Shown: positions 28,792 to 38,684 of the stretch, piece after piece | Layout: each line of letters begins with the position of its first letter | How positions within the stretch are numbered: position 1 is the first letter of the stretch | From: a virus | Strand: one strand, 5' to 3' | Length of the DNA stretch: 64,000 bases | IMG/VR virus record: IMGVR_UViG_3300038463_000227 | Location: 7,920-71,919 of that record | Position numbers and translations under genes: made by a program | The notes under the pieces: model-generated | Seen by the model: the letters and a program-made list of their open reading frames with translations, nothing else | The model's database searches: none | Told to the model about the DNA's origin: nothing

Positions 28792-30081
28792 TTATATGTA
28801 TGCATGCCTATTTTTTGTTAGCTCAATTACATCACTTGCAGATGGTCCATAGCTTGTATAAATAGTTTGTAAAACTTTTGAATTAAGTATTTTTACTAAT
28901 TCATCAGGGGTGAGATTAAAAGAACTATCACCCCACATTATTTTAACCATTTCCCCCATTTGATCTAAACAAGTTATAGCCAATTCAGATGGATTAATGT
29001 TAATCCTCAAAATTTCAGCTAATGACCGAGCTCGGTTTAAATCAGCCATAATAAAACTAGCCAATTCATCAATATCAAGTGGTGCATATCTAAACTCACC
29101 TTGCCATTGACCAGTCACATTAGTATTATCAGCTAATACTTTATCTGTGATTGATCGCCCTTCATGTTTCAATAATCCAGCACCATGCCGAGTCTTATAG
29201 CAACGGGTAACATAAACTGGAGTAATTTCAGTTACGCCAAGTTCATAAGCCGCAAGTAATGAAGATGCCAAACCGGTAATTGATCTGGTGACATGTGGAA
29301 ACTGTCCAAGGAATTCATCTAATTGAAGTCCCTGTGCACCCTCAAAAACATAATGAGTTGCACAATGATTTAAAGTCGGACGCTGTGTGACTTGATAAAA
29401 TAAATTATATGAAGTCGCTAAAACGTTTGTCTCATTATTAAAGATTGTGTCATCACCAGTAAAGTAATTTGCTAAATCAAAAATCTTTGCGAAATCATAT
29501 TCATCAGTTTTTAAACTTGGGGTTTTAAATTGCTTATCCAATTCTTCAAATTGTGGAAACCACCACTCTTTAAAAATCTTCCGGAGTTTTTCTTGTACTT
29601 GACAATCCAAATCCTTAATAGTAAATGAATGACCAGCTTGAGCACGGGTAATTGTTTCATTAATACCAACTCCACAGGAACCATGGCGATTATCACCACG
29701 AGCTAACTCCCTCAAACCGTTGAGTGCCATATCAAATACTGTGGTAACTTCACAATCAGGATGAACCTCAATGCAAGGACGAAGTCCTGTTAGTTTACCA
29801 ATAATATCCATTTCCCGATGTAGAGCAAATGGATTAACAATAAATTTACTTGATAGGAATGTTGAGGCACCGGCAAATGTACCTGCCCCAACATGTCCAA
29901 ATACATGTCGCTTACCATCATCAATAACAGTGTGACCAGCTTGTGCCCCACCATTACATCGGACATTTATTGGTGATGAATGTTTGGTGGTATATTCCCG
30001 ACAAAGGTAATCGGTAATTAAACCTTTACCTTCATCACCAAATCCCGCCCCAATAACTGCATGTCCGATTTTTTTCATCAT
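28792..30081 (-). CDS. Divergent adenylosuccinate synthetase-like protein
   Basis: GAGFGDEGKG, GGAQAGHT, FEGAQG..LD, FPHVTRS, TRHGAG. Confidence 0.9.
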   Translation of the reverse strand: MMKKIGHAVIGAGFGDEGKGLITDYLCREYTTKHSSPINVRCNGGAQAGHTVIDDGKRHVFGHVGAGTFAGASTFLSSKFIVNPFALHREMDIIGKLTGLRPCIEVHPDCEVTTVFDMALNGLRELARGDNRHGSCGVGINETITRAQAGHSFTIKDLDCQVQEKLRKIFKEWWFPQFEELDKQFKTPSLKTDEYDFAKIFDLANYFTGDDTIFNNETNVLATSYNLFYQVTQRPTLNHCATHYVFEGAQGLQLDEFLGQFPHVTRSITGLASSLLAAYELGVTEITPVYVTRCYKTRHGAGLLKHEGRSITDKVLADNTNVTGQWQGEFRYAPLDIDELASFIMADLNRARSLAEILRININPSELAITCLDQMGEMVKIMWGDSSFNLTPDELVKILNSKVLQTIYTSYGPSASDVIELTKNRHAYI

Positions 30082-30107
30082 AGTCTTTCTTCATCAATAA
30101 TACCTAA

Positions 30108-31001
30108 TTATACCGCGTTTGAGAATGCGTGTTTCAGGTTTTCTTTGATTTCTGATTCTTTAAGAATCGTTTTAATATCAGCGCCTTTTGCAATTTTCAA
30201 AGTGGCAACAATGATTTCTGCCAAATCTTTATGATTCTTCATCATAATTACATTTGGTCCTAACAAATCAACCCAAGCCTGTTGAACACTAGGCAAACGA
30301 TAGCCACGGCAATAGCTACCTTCTTCAGCAATGATATGGAATACTTGGTAACGTTTTTGAACTTCTTCAAGTAATTGTTTAGTAGTACCAGCAGCAATAT
30401 GTTGACCTTCACCGAAAGTACGTTTCAAATCACGAGCTGACAAACCGTCTTTATGTGGTGGCATTTCATCACCAAATGTAAAGATAAAACCTTTTTCCCC
30501 ACGTTTGTCAAATGAATCAATTGCTGTTTTATGTGCAGCAAAATACCATGGCAAGTCATATGATTCTGTGTTGTTTCCACCACCATGACCTTCAAGCCAT
30601 AATGTGCGGAGCTGTTCAATCAATGTTACAGCACCAGCTTCAAACTGGGAAACTTGCAATGGTGCCTGATCATCATAAACATCACCAATTCCCATAAACA
30701 TAACATGGGGATCAGTAACTGGAAGTTCTTCATAGATACGTTCAACAACATCAGGAAGTCCTTCTTTTGCAACATATTCTGGAATAAATCCCATTGAACC
30801 TGTTACATCCAAACCAAAAATGATTGGTGTGGATTGTGGATTTAATGCTGAATCACAAGATTCACGCAACAGGATCTTTTTAGGATCAAGTGCTTGTGGA
30901 ATATTTCGTGAAGTAAACACTTCTTCACGGCTTGATGATCGTAGACTGGTTGTTGTCGCATATGTTTCATAAGCGGCACGTGTAAAGCGTTCTGAACCCA
31001 T
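30108..31001 (-). CDS. vWA-domain protein
   Basis: MIDAS-like LDVTGSM, GIGD, GGGNNTESY, TFGDE. Confidence 0.8.
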   Translation of the reverse strand: MGSERFTRAAYETYATTTSLRSSSREEVFTSRNIPQALDPKKILLRESCDSALNPQSTPIIFGLDVTGSMGFIPEYVAKEGLPDVVERIYEELPVTDPHVMFMGIGDVYDDQAPLQVSQFEAGAVTLIEQLRTLWLEGHGGGNNTESYDLPWYFAAHKTAIDSFDKRGEKGFIFTFGDEMPPHKDGLSARDLKRTFGEGQHIAAGTTKQLLEEVQKRYQVFHIIAEEGSYCRGYRLPSVQQAWVDLLGPNVIMMKNHKDLAEIIVATLKIAKGADIKTILKESEIKENLKHAFSNAV

Positions 31002-31030
31002 GGTATTCTCCTTATTGAGTTATGGTTATA

Positions 31031-31738
31031 TTAACCTTTGAATGGGGATTTAGTAGATGATCCGCCAAACATGTTGCCGAAACCACCAGTGTCACCACCC
31101 ATCATTTTCATCATCATCATGGTTTGCATCATACCGCCCATTGGATTTGCACCAGCTGCACCACCATTACCCATTTGCATCATCAACATTAATGGCAACA
31201 TTTTTTCGATATTACCATCTTCGCCACCACCCATCAGGATCATTGGCATAATCATACCTTGAAGACCAGCCAAACCAGATTCACCACCTGGAAGCATTGT
31301 CATCAAGCTGCGGACAACCAATACACCAGATTCCAAACCGAACATTGAAACTTTTGGTGGAATCCATGTGGTAACTGAACCACTGGCGCGCATCAGACGG
31401 AAAGACTTTTTGCCACCATCAGATGTTTTTGTTTTTGGTGTTACTTTGATTTCTGTAATCCAACCTGGTGTGTCACCATTTGTGTAGATTAAGTCACCAA
31501 CTTTAACTGAATCAAATGGAGTTGACTGAGCAAATGCTGGCAGTGCAACACCGAAATCTTCAAATGGATTAATTGTGAGTCGTGCATCATCGCCTTCACC
31601 TTCGAAGGTTACAATTTCACCATCACTATTGCGGACGCCAAGTTTACCTGACATTAAATCCCAGACAACGGTATCAACACGTTTAAACATGCGACCCATC
31701 ATTTTTTCCATTGACATACCCATACCTGTGCTTTTCAT
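31031..31738 (-). CDS. Hypothetical protein with Met/Gly-rich C-terminus
   Basis: 235 aa, SD GAGG. Confidence 0.8.
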   Translation of the reverse strand: MKSTGMGMSMEKMMGRMFKRVDTVVWDLMSGKLGVRNSDGEIVTFEGEGDDARLTINPFEDFGVALPAFAQSTPFDSVKVGDLIYTNGDTPGWITEIKVTPKTKTSDGGKKSFRLMRASGSVTTWIPPKVSMFGLESGVLVVRSLMTMLPGGESGLAGLQGMIMPMILMGGGEDGNIEKMLPLMLMMQMGNGGAAGANPMGGMMQTMMMMKMMGGDTGGFGNMFGGSSTKSPFKG

Positions 31739-32115
31739 AATAATACCTCTTCTAGTTTATGTATGATCTTTATATACTGGATCATACTTCAGTATAAAAC
31801 TTTTTAACCGTGTTCTTGATAACGGCTGGAACGCCAAACACCACTTGGCTGTTGTTCACTTTCAAACTTTGCTTTCAGCCGCTGATATTCTTGATATTCA
31901 GTGTCTTTTTCTTTCTTGAATTGTTGCCATAGAGAATCAAGAGAAGCTGGAATTATTCCGAGAACACCACCATCATAAGCCATAATGGTATCTTCTAGGC
32001 GTCCAGCACCACCATCATCCATGCGGCCATTATGCCCTGCATCATCACGCATGGATTCAGCAACATTTTTAACATATTCAACAAACGCTTTATGATTTTC
32101 TCTCATAATTATTCC

Positions 32116-33609
32116 TTAGATGGAAACCCGATAGCGAACTTCAGCCAATGTGGTTTCATTATACAATTTACCTTGATGATAAACGACTTGCATAATATCT
32201 TCAAAGTCTTCCGAGATTGGACCTAAGTCAAGACGACCAACACTCAATTCACCGGTCATTTTGCTGCGGACCACTGTCAATACACCTTCTTTAGATTTTT
32301 TACCACTATCAGTGATAGGATCTTTTGCAATACCTTTCCAGTAAAGATCTTCACTTCCTGGCGATACTTCAACCAAAATCGCACAAGCTTTTTGTGCAAA
32401 TTTCAAAGTATCACGATTACATTTTTGTAACAATGCACCACCAGAACCAAACAATACAACATCAGCAGCATAACCATAGCTGTAAATCAATTTACCAAGC
32501 AGTGTGTTAATTGCTAAACGATCAACACCATCACCTTGCAATACACCGACGTGGTTAATTTTTTTGTAACCTTTGCTGGTCATTGTATAACCAAAGGCAG
32601 TTTCTTGCAAAGCAAGGATACGTGGAACAACTTCCAACATATCACCAGAGTCTGGACGGAATACAACCTTTGCTTTAGATGCAATGATTTCGTCTTTCAA
32701 TGGGCTGGTGCAAAGCAATTCAGCTTCACGGTATACATTATAGCCGTCAATTACGATCGATACAATGGTTCCTGGTTCTGCTAAGGAAAGCATTTTACGC
32801 AAATACTTAATAGCATTTTCATTACCATTACCAAAAGAACATTCAACCGCATGTTCAGAAGCGACAACAGAATATGCTGCCATGTCTTCTTTGTAGTAGA
32901 AGTTTGCAGCCAAGATACCTTCAATTGTATCCGAACCCATGAAGCTAACTGTATGAGCAGCTCCACCAATTTCTGCTTGTTCTGCACAAGTTACACCCCG
33001 GCCACCAAAGTCATGTAGTGCGAAAGGTAACAGATTCATGTCTGCACCAGTTTGTTCATAGTAACGTTTGAGTTCTTGTTTGACTTCAAAGTCTTGAGTA
33101 GCAATGGTAGTTGGATACCATACACCACGTTGAATCATTGTTTCAAATGCAGCTGACATCCATGCCAATACATCATCAATAACTGTGACTGTATAAAGTG
33201 GTTGACCACCGCGCATTTGGGTACCTTCAGGTACTGCACGAATAGTTAATGGCAGATAGCCATCATAATTAGTAACGACTTTTTCCCATGCGGCACGAGC
33301 AAACAATTTGCGGCCCAGGTGTTTGAATGCAAAGGCTTCTGCATTGTCGATATCTTTAAAGGTGATATGTTGTGTCAAATAACGTTTGATCAACAGTTGC
33401 ATACCAAATGGGATAATATTTTGGCTGTGTGCAACACGTGCTTCACCGTAGGATGTCATTCCTTTAATACCATCTGGGTACAAGAAAGGATGAGAAATTT
33501 TGTATGAGTCCATACGAAGAATCAAACTGATAACAAGTTGTTCATCTTGTGTATATTGGATATCAGAGGCGGTTGGTGCAATTGCTTTTAAATAGTCTGC
33601 GAGTTTCAT
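32116..33609 (-). CDS. nadV: Nicotinamide phosphoribosyltransferase (NAMPT)
   Basis: DSYKISH, LHDFGGRG, SEH, RPDSGD, GDG, FGSGGALLQ..NRDT.KFA.K. Confidence 0.95.
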   Translation of the reverse strand: MKLADYLKAIAPTASDIQYTQDEQLVISLILRMDSYKISHPFLYPDGIKGMTSYGEARVAHSQNIIPFGMQLLIKRYLTQHITFKDIDNAEAFAFKHLGRKLFARAAWEKVVTNYDGYLPLTIRAVPEGTQMRGGQPLYTVTVIDDVLAWMSAAFETMIQRGVWYPTTIATQDFEVKQELKRYYEQTGADMNLLPFALHDFGGRGVTCAEQAEIGGAAHTVSFMGSDTIEGILAANFYYKEDMAAYSVVASEHAVECSFGNGNENAIKYLRKMLSLAEPGTIVSIVIDGYNVYREAELLCTSPLKDEIIASKAKVVFRPDSGDMLEVVPRILALQETAFGYTMTSKGYKKINHVGVLQGDGVDRLAINTLLGKLIYSYGYAADVVLFGSGGALLQKCNRDTLKFAQKACAILVEVSPGSEDLYWKGIAKDPITDSGKKSKEGVLTVVRSKMTGELSVGRLDLGPISEDFEDIMQVVYHQGKLYNETTLAEVRYRVSI

Positions 33610-33660
33610 AGTAAGCTCCTTACGTTTGTTAAAATATGCCTTGAGTCTATCTCGTGGCAG

Positions 33661-34833
33661 TTAAAGTCTTCCGACCATTGTTACAACAACATGATAGTGA
33701 TCTTCAAACCAGTTTTGAGGATTTTTCAGGGCCTCATTGATTGGCAACCACATTGTCCGAATAACTTCACCTTTTTGAGGTTTCAGTTTTGGTAGTGGTT
33801 TACTATCATCTAATTTCAACAGGAAGCAGGTGGTAATAGTACGACCACGTAAGCTGCGAGTTGGGTAATCAAAAATTTCTTTACTTTTTACAGAACCATA
33901 TAATTGGGCTTTTGAAAGTCCAATGCTGGTTTCTTCAATTAATTCACGGATTGCACCATCAAGTAATGTTTCATCTTGTTCAAGGAATCCACCAGGAAGT
34001 GCCCAAAGGCCAACACCTGGAAAATCACCACGAACATTAACTAATATATGACCTGACTGAATAACAACAGTATCGACTGTTGAAAAGATCGGTGCATAAG
34101 GAACCCCTATTTTACCACGTAATTCCTGTAATTCGTTAATTAATTGTTGATTAGTTTTAGTTGTGTCATCTTTAAAACAAATTGGTTTGTTAGTTTTGAT
34201 TTTCCAAGCTGTTTTATAGCCTTCAACGAATTCATATTCTTTAACTAATGCAGTATACATTTCTGTTTTTCTGAACTGTGATAAGAAGTGAACTGTTTGT
34301 GCGGGAACAATATCTTCAATTTCAACTAAAGAATCAGCTCTTGCATGTTGATCAAAAAACATATGACGAACTTTAGTTGCACTTAATTCAACTTCAACAG
34401 GATGTTGTTCAATCAAGTCAAGTTTGAAAAAGTCACCAAACATTTTAAGGTAATATGTTGATTTATCACGATCAGAACCGGAAAGATATGTTTCTGGATT
34501 TAAGCCAATGATATCAGCCAAATCAGTTTTTGTTTTATCAACTGCATCTTGAACTTCACGAATCCATGCTTGATCATTATAAGGATGATCATGTAATGGC
34601 AAAATTCTAACAGTTGCAATGTTATGACCAGCCCATGTATAATCACGGATTAGTTGTTCACGTTCTAAATAGGTAAAGGGGTTTTTTGTATTGCGGGCTT
34701 GATCAGCACTGCCTATTAGTATAAGGACAGCTTTTGATGTTTTCAAAGCACGTTGGATTAATTCGCAATGTCCATTATGTAATGGTGAGAATCGACCGAT
34801 GATGACTGTTAAGTCTTTTTTACTGGTTTCCAT
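33661..34833 (-). CDS. nadM: Bifunctional NMN adenylyltransferase / Nudix hydrolase (NadM-Nudix)
   Basis: GRFSPLHNGH, KNPFTY.ER, SAT..R; Nudix box ALPGGF....E...GAIREL.EET. Confidence 0.93.
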   Translation of the reverse strand: METSKKDLTVIIGRFSPLHNGHCELIQRALKTSKAVLILIGSADQARNTKNPFTYLEREQLIRDYTWAGHNIATVRILPLHDHPYNDQAWIREVQDAVDKTKTDLADIIGLNPETYLSGSDRDKSTYYLKMFGDFFKLDLIEQHPVEVELSATKVRHMFFDQHARADSLVEIEDIVPAQTVHFLSQFRKTEMYTALVKEYEFVEGYKTAWKIKTNKPICFKDDTTKTNQQLINELQELRGKIGVPYAPIFSTVDTVVIQSGHILVNVRGDFPGVGLWALPGGFLEQDETLLDGAIRELIEETSIGLSKAQLYGSVKSKEIFDYPTRSLRGRTITTCFLLKLDDSKPLPKLKPQKGEVIRTMWLPINEALKNPQNWFEDHYHVVVTMVGRL

Positions 34834-34931
34834 GTTAGCTCCTAAATGGATTATTGTGTACAGAGGTATCTATTACCTCTGTCTTTATTTATGATAATTA
34901 TACCATAGTTACTCTAAAAAGTGTAGAGTAT

Positions 34932-35234
34932 TTACCCTATAATACAAAGCACATCAAGTTCTGTCATTGTGACATACTCAACACCTTCAATTTTGACTGC
35001 ATGACCACTATACTTCCCAAACAAGATTTGGTCTCCAATTTTGACTTCAAGTGGAACTAAATGTCCATCTCTGTGGTATTTACCAGGACCAACTGCTACA
35101 ACCACACCTTGATCAGGTTTTTCAGCTGCTTGAGCTGTATCAGGGATGATAATACCACTTTTTGATTTTACTTCGTTTTCATCACGAATAACGATAACGC
35201 GATCATGTAATGCTCTTAATTTAAGTTGTTTCAT
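34932..35234 (-). CDS. groES: Co-chaperonin GroES
   Basis: LHDRVIV...SGIIIPD..EKP.QG.VVAVGPG; start re-called at MKQLKL (SD AAGGA); an in-frame upstream extension to 35387 also exists. Confidence 0.9.
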   Translation of the reverse strand: MKQLKLRALHDRVIVIRDENEVKSKSGIIIPDTAQAAEKPDQGVVVAVGPGKYHRDGHLVPLEVKIGDQILFGKYSGHAVKIEGVEYVTMTELDVLCIIG

Positions 35235-35388
35235 GTTTTCCTTATTTAAAGTTTCTTGTTCATGTCTAGCAAAGACCCCATCCATATAGGCATCAAGATT
35301 GTTTTTGAATTCTTCATTACTTAGCTTACCAAGTCTTGTAAAAACAGTATCTATAGCTTCTTTTAGTTGAGGATCAATATTTGACATA

Positions 35389-35781
35389 TTAGGTAGAGAT
35401 ACGTGAACCAGCTGGTGCTAATGCAAGACCACTAGTTTGTTGGATATATTCACGTTCAACATTTGCTGAAGGTGAAAATGGTAAAATGACAGCAGATGCT
35501 GGGATTTCAAGACGTTCAATAGTTGGATTTGAAAGTGTCCATGGAACAAATGCAAGTCCTAACTGACCATTACCCATTGGCTGGAATTGGAGAATATGTG
35601 GACGACGAACTGTATAAGAAAGAATCTCACCAGTTTCTTTAGCAGCAGGTTTCTTAGCTTTTGGTGCTTCACTTTCATTCAAAAGGGTTTTTGTTGCTTT
35701 GACCGCTTTACGATTTACTGACAAAACTTCAGCGACGATTTCATCACCACCAAGAAGTTTAAAAGATGTAATTTCTGACAT
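35389..35781 (-). CDS. Conserved T4-like phage protein (Sm-like)
   Basis: FKL..GDEIVA N-terminus and Y.QQTSGL C-terminus. Confidence 0.6.
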   Translation of the reverse strand: MSEITSFKLLGGDEIVAEVLSVNRKAVKATKTLLNESEAPKAKKPAAKETGEILSYTVRRPHILQFQPMGNGQLGLAFVPWTLSNPTIERLEIPASAVILPFSPSANVEREYIQQTSGLALAPAGSRIST

Positions 35782-36124
35782 TGTATATATATGTTCCTTA
35801 TTGATTATAGATTGGGGGTTGTGGTTTTTGGTTTTGGAGGACCACGTTTTTTACGAGGTGCTTTATCTGGTCCACGGAGTGGGATAGGTTTTGGTGCAGT
35901 GAATGCTTTAGTCTTAATCACATCAACTTCTTTAAGTAATGCAATTTCCGCCTGAAGTTGTCTGATTGCTAAGACAGCTTTGTATTCATTTGTTAATTTA
36001 TATAAATCTGGATTCTGTGGTTTATCAGACCACTTATAAGATGCATTAATTGTATCAGCAACTTGTGAAGCCTTCATTTCTAAATCTTGAACAATCAGTT
36101 CAATTTGTCTATCTGTAAAATTCA

Positions 36125-36631
36125 TTATATTCCTGTATCAATATTAATTATGGAACCTGTCACATGAAGATCAGTCCATACAAAATGCTCATTTATTACA
36201 ACATCATCTAAAAGAGCAACCTTAGTTTCTACTCCGGTTGTCGACCATGTTTTTTTGTGACGATTAAACATAGTCAATCGGAATGCTTGATGCTTATTCC
36301 AAAAGTCACTCATGTCTTTAAAATCAACTTTAGATTTGTGGAGTTTCATTACATCACAACATGCTGGAATAATATCTTGATCAACCCGCAGCACGATATT
36401 TAATTCACGATCCAGGAACTGTTCAATCATTGGACGAGTTCCTTCATTAAATTTTCTGAGTTGGTCATCATCCCAAATTGCAAAGGAAAAGATGTTAATA
36501 TGATCAGGTTGGAAACCTTCAATAAAACCTTTTATCTTGTTAGTATTAACGAGATGAGTATTCCACCAACCATCTAATACAGGAGTAATGATAGTTGATT
36601 CTAAATCTAACCAGAGGTGTCTTTGTTCCAT
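36125..36631 (-). CDS. HAD-like hypothetical protein
   Basis: LWLDLESTII and LLDD motifs. Confidence 0.55.
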   Translation of the reverse strand: MEQRHLWLDLESTIITPVLDGWWNTHLVNTNKIKGFIEGFQPDHINIFSFAIWDDDQLRKFNEGTRPMIEQFLDRELNIVLRVDQDIIPACCDVMKLHKSKVDFKDMSDFWNKHQAFRLTMFNRHKKTWSTTGVETKVALLDDVVINEHFVWTDLHVTGSIINIDTGI

Positions 36632-36688
36632 ATAATAACCATAATTTAATTAAACAATTATAACATGATTGCTAATAAAAGTACATGG

Positions 36689-37240
36689 CTATGTAAAGAA
36701 CCGTTTTGGCTTGTTATCATTTTCTGGTGGAATTGCCAATGGCTGGGCATATGGACGATCATCCACTTCTTCATCATCAGAGACTTTAGCTTTAAGTGGA
36801 CCACAGGCAATAAAGCCTGCCACTTGATTAACTATACCTTTAGGGTCTTTGCTGTTTTTATTATCTAAGCCACTAATTGTATTGATATAATTAAGCTTAT
36901 CATCAAAATTACGTTGTTCGATTATATTGGTTTCCATTGTCTTACAGTTAACTGTAATTCTGGTAAATGCAGTTTTTGCCATCCCACCTAATTCAGTTTC
37001 AAACCAGATAATATTATCACGACGAACCCAGAAAGTTGCAGTATCTTTAGTTAATGTTATGGTATCTTTACTGTATTGGAAATCAAATCCTTCAGCAGTA
37101 TAGTAGGTGATATAAGCACCACCTGGAATTGGATCAGGATAAATTTCTTTTAGAATGGTGGATGATAGGAACACACCGATAAAAAAAGAGATGATAATAC
37201 CGACTAAGAAAAATGTTCTAGAAATTTGGGTATTATACAT
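36689..37240 (-). CDS. Membrane-anchored periplasmic protein
   Basis: N-terminal TM segment, two Cys. Confidence 0.7.
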   Translation of the reverse strand: MYNTQISRTFFLVGIIISFFIGVFLSSTILKEIYPDPIPGGAYITYYTAEGFDFQYSKDTITLTKDTATFWVRRDNIIWFETELGGMAKTAFTRITVNCKTMETNIIEQRNFDDKLNYINTISGLDNKNSKDPKGIVNQVAGFIACGPLKAKVSDDEEVDDRPYAQPLAIPPENDNKPKRFFT

Positions 37241-37571
37241 TATAGTTCCAGTCAGGAGAATATTGATATGATGTGTTACAGTACTATTTATAGATTTTTT
37301 TACTCAAGTTTTCAAAGTTTAATATTTCTCTGGTATCAACTAAATCAGTGTATTCAATTAAAATATCAATGTGTTCTTGTTTTAAAGTGAAGGGAATATT
37401 TGGGATACTAACACCCATGTTAGTGAAGGCCCAATCTTTTGCTGCAGGAATATCAACAACACCAAATTGATCAGAATAAGAATAGAACACTAATAGTAAT
37501 TGTATTTCAAGTGGATGAATACCGTCTGGTTTTTCCATATTATCCTTATGTGTTTATGGTATTTATACACA

Positions 37572-37608
37572 AATAATAATACCTCCTTTTTAGGGGAGGT
37601 ATTATTTT
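37572..37608 (-). terminator. Terminator after the tmRNA
   Basis: AATAATACCTCC...GGAGGTATTATTT. Confidence 0.8.
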
Positions 37609-37968
37609 GCCGTTTTGTTATAAGGTGGTTAACCTCAATGGACTAGGCCGCTAGGCGTAGGTCTCCATAGAATGCGTCATTGCTTGCATTTAAAGTTTTT
37701 GCTATCTTTACGTCATTCGCCTGACGAGCGCGTTAATCGTTACTAATCTGTTAGTCGATACCATTTCAGGCCCATCAAAAGTATTCTGTATCCAGCTGCT
37801 CATGTCTGGGTGGGAGAGAAAGTATTACATTGGCCTAACTAACCATCTCCTCAACTAGCCAAATCATCATGTACTAGCACTATACACATCTACAAAATAC
37901 TTTTGGTGGACCTGGCGGGAGTCGAACCCGCGTGTTAACAACCTTTCTCAACCACCGTTTACGCTGTT
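37609..37968 (-). ncRNA. ssrA: Permuted two-piece tmRNA
   Basis: T arm + CAGGTCC-ACCA (ends 37904) precedes a 130-nt IVS, then GGGCCTG-AAATGGTATCGAC (from 37773; G3-U70) and tag ASNDAFYGDLRLAA* (37643-37687); outer ends approximate. Confidence 0.92.
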
Positions 37969-37975
37969 TTAAAAC

Positions 37976-38347
37976 TTATGCCTTCTCATCTACATATTTT
38001 TCAAAATCCTTCCAAAGCTTATCCGTATAACCAGGAAGATCTTCTACCTTAGTACCAGCTGGATAAGTTTTAACAATTTCTTGACCATCCTCATCATATA
38101 AACCAAAAGGTTTTGTTGTTTTAACACTTTTTACATCAGTTTCAACCCAATCAGGTTCTTGTGCATGACCTTGACCATATGGGTGCCATTCACCTGCACC
38201 ACCATCTATGGTATATTCAATCTCAAGATCAAGTGGTTCCATCCATTTACCATCTTTGGCTTGAGGCATTTCATACTCTTTATAAACCATTGAACGTGTA
38301 GATGGGTGAGGATGTGGACGTGCTTCTAATAATTCTGCTACTTTCAT
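37976..38347 (-). CDS. Late protein (candidate internal head protein)
   Basis: N-terminus MKVAELLE; downstream of a late promoter. Confidence 0.7.
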   Translation of the reverse strand: MKVAELLEARPHPHPSTRSMVYKEYEMPQAKDGKWMEPLDLEIEYTIDGGAGEWHPYGQGHAQEPDWVETDVKSVKTTKPFGLYDEDGQEIVKTYPAGTKVEDLPGYTDKLWKDFEKYVDEKA

Positions 38348-38584
38348 AATATTTCCTTTAAAATCAACTAGTTACTTAGTATAAATAACTTCAATTAATG
38401 AAGAACTGGCTTCACGGTAGTATTGAACCCAACCAGCTAAAACAGCATCACCTTCAGGATCACCAACAACTGTTGATGGATCATAAGAAACAGTACAAAC
38501 CTGAGTACCAGATTCTACTAAAGTTTCTAATGCTTGTTTCATTGTAAGTGTAAAATTGTTCATTTAAGCTCCATGTTTATCAGT

Positions 38585-38598
38585 TATTTATATAAATA
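38585..38598. promoter_or_regulatory. Overlapping divergent late promoters
   Basis: TATTTATATAAATA contains TATAAATA on both strands. Confidence 0.75.
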
Positions 38599-38684
38599 CA
38601 GTATATTAGTGCTGATTAAAAACACAAGTTATATCAGTAATTAATAAATAATATTACTATTTCTTATCCTTATGGAACCAATAC

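Noticed and set aside
28792-30081. PurZ (diaminopurine / Z-DNA synthesis)
   Set aside because: Retains the PurA-type Asp in GDEGKG; no datZ or mazZ recognised nearby.
31031-31260. Tandem-repeat element in the Met/Gly-rich tail
   Set aside because: Low-complexity coding sequence, not a DNA repeat.
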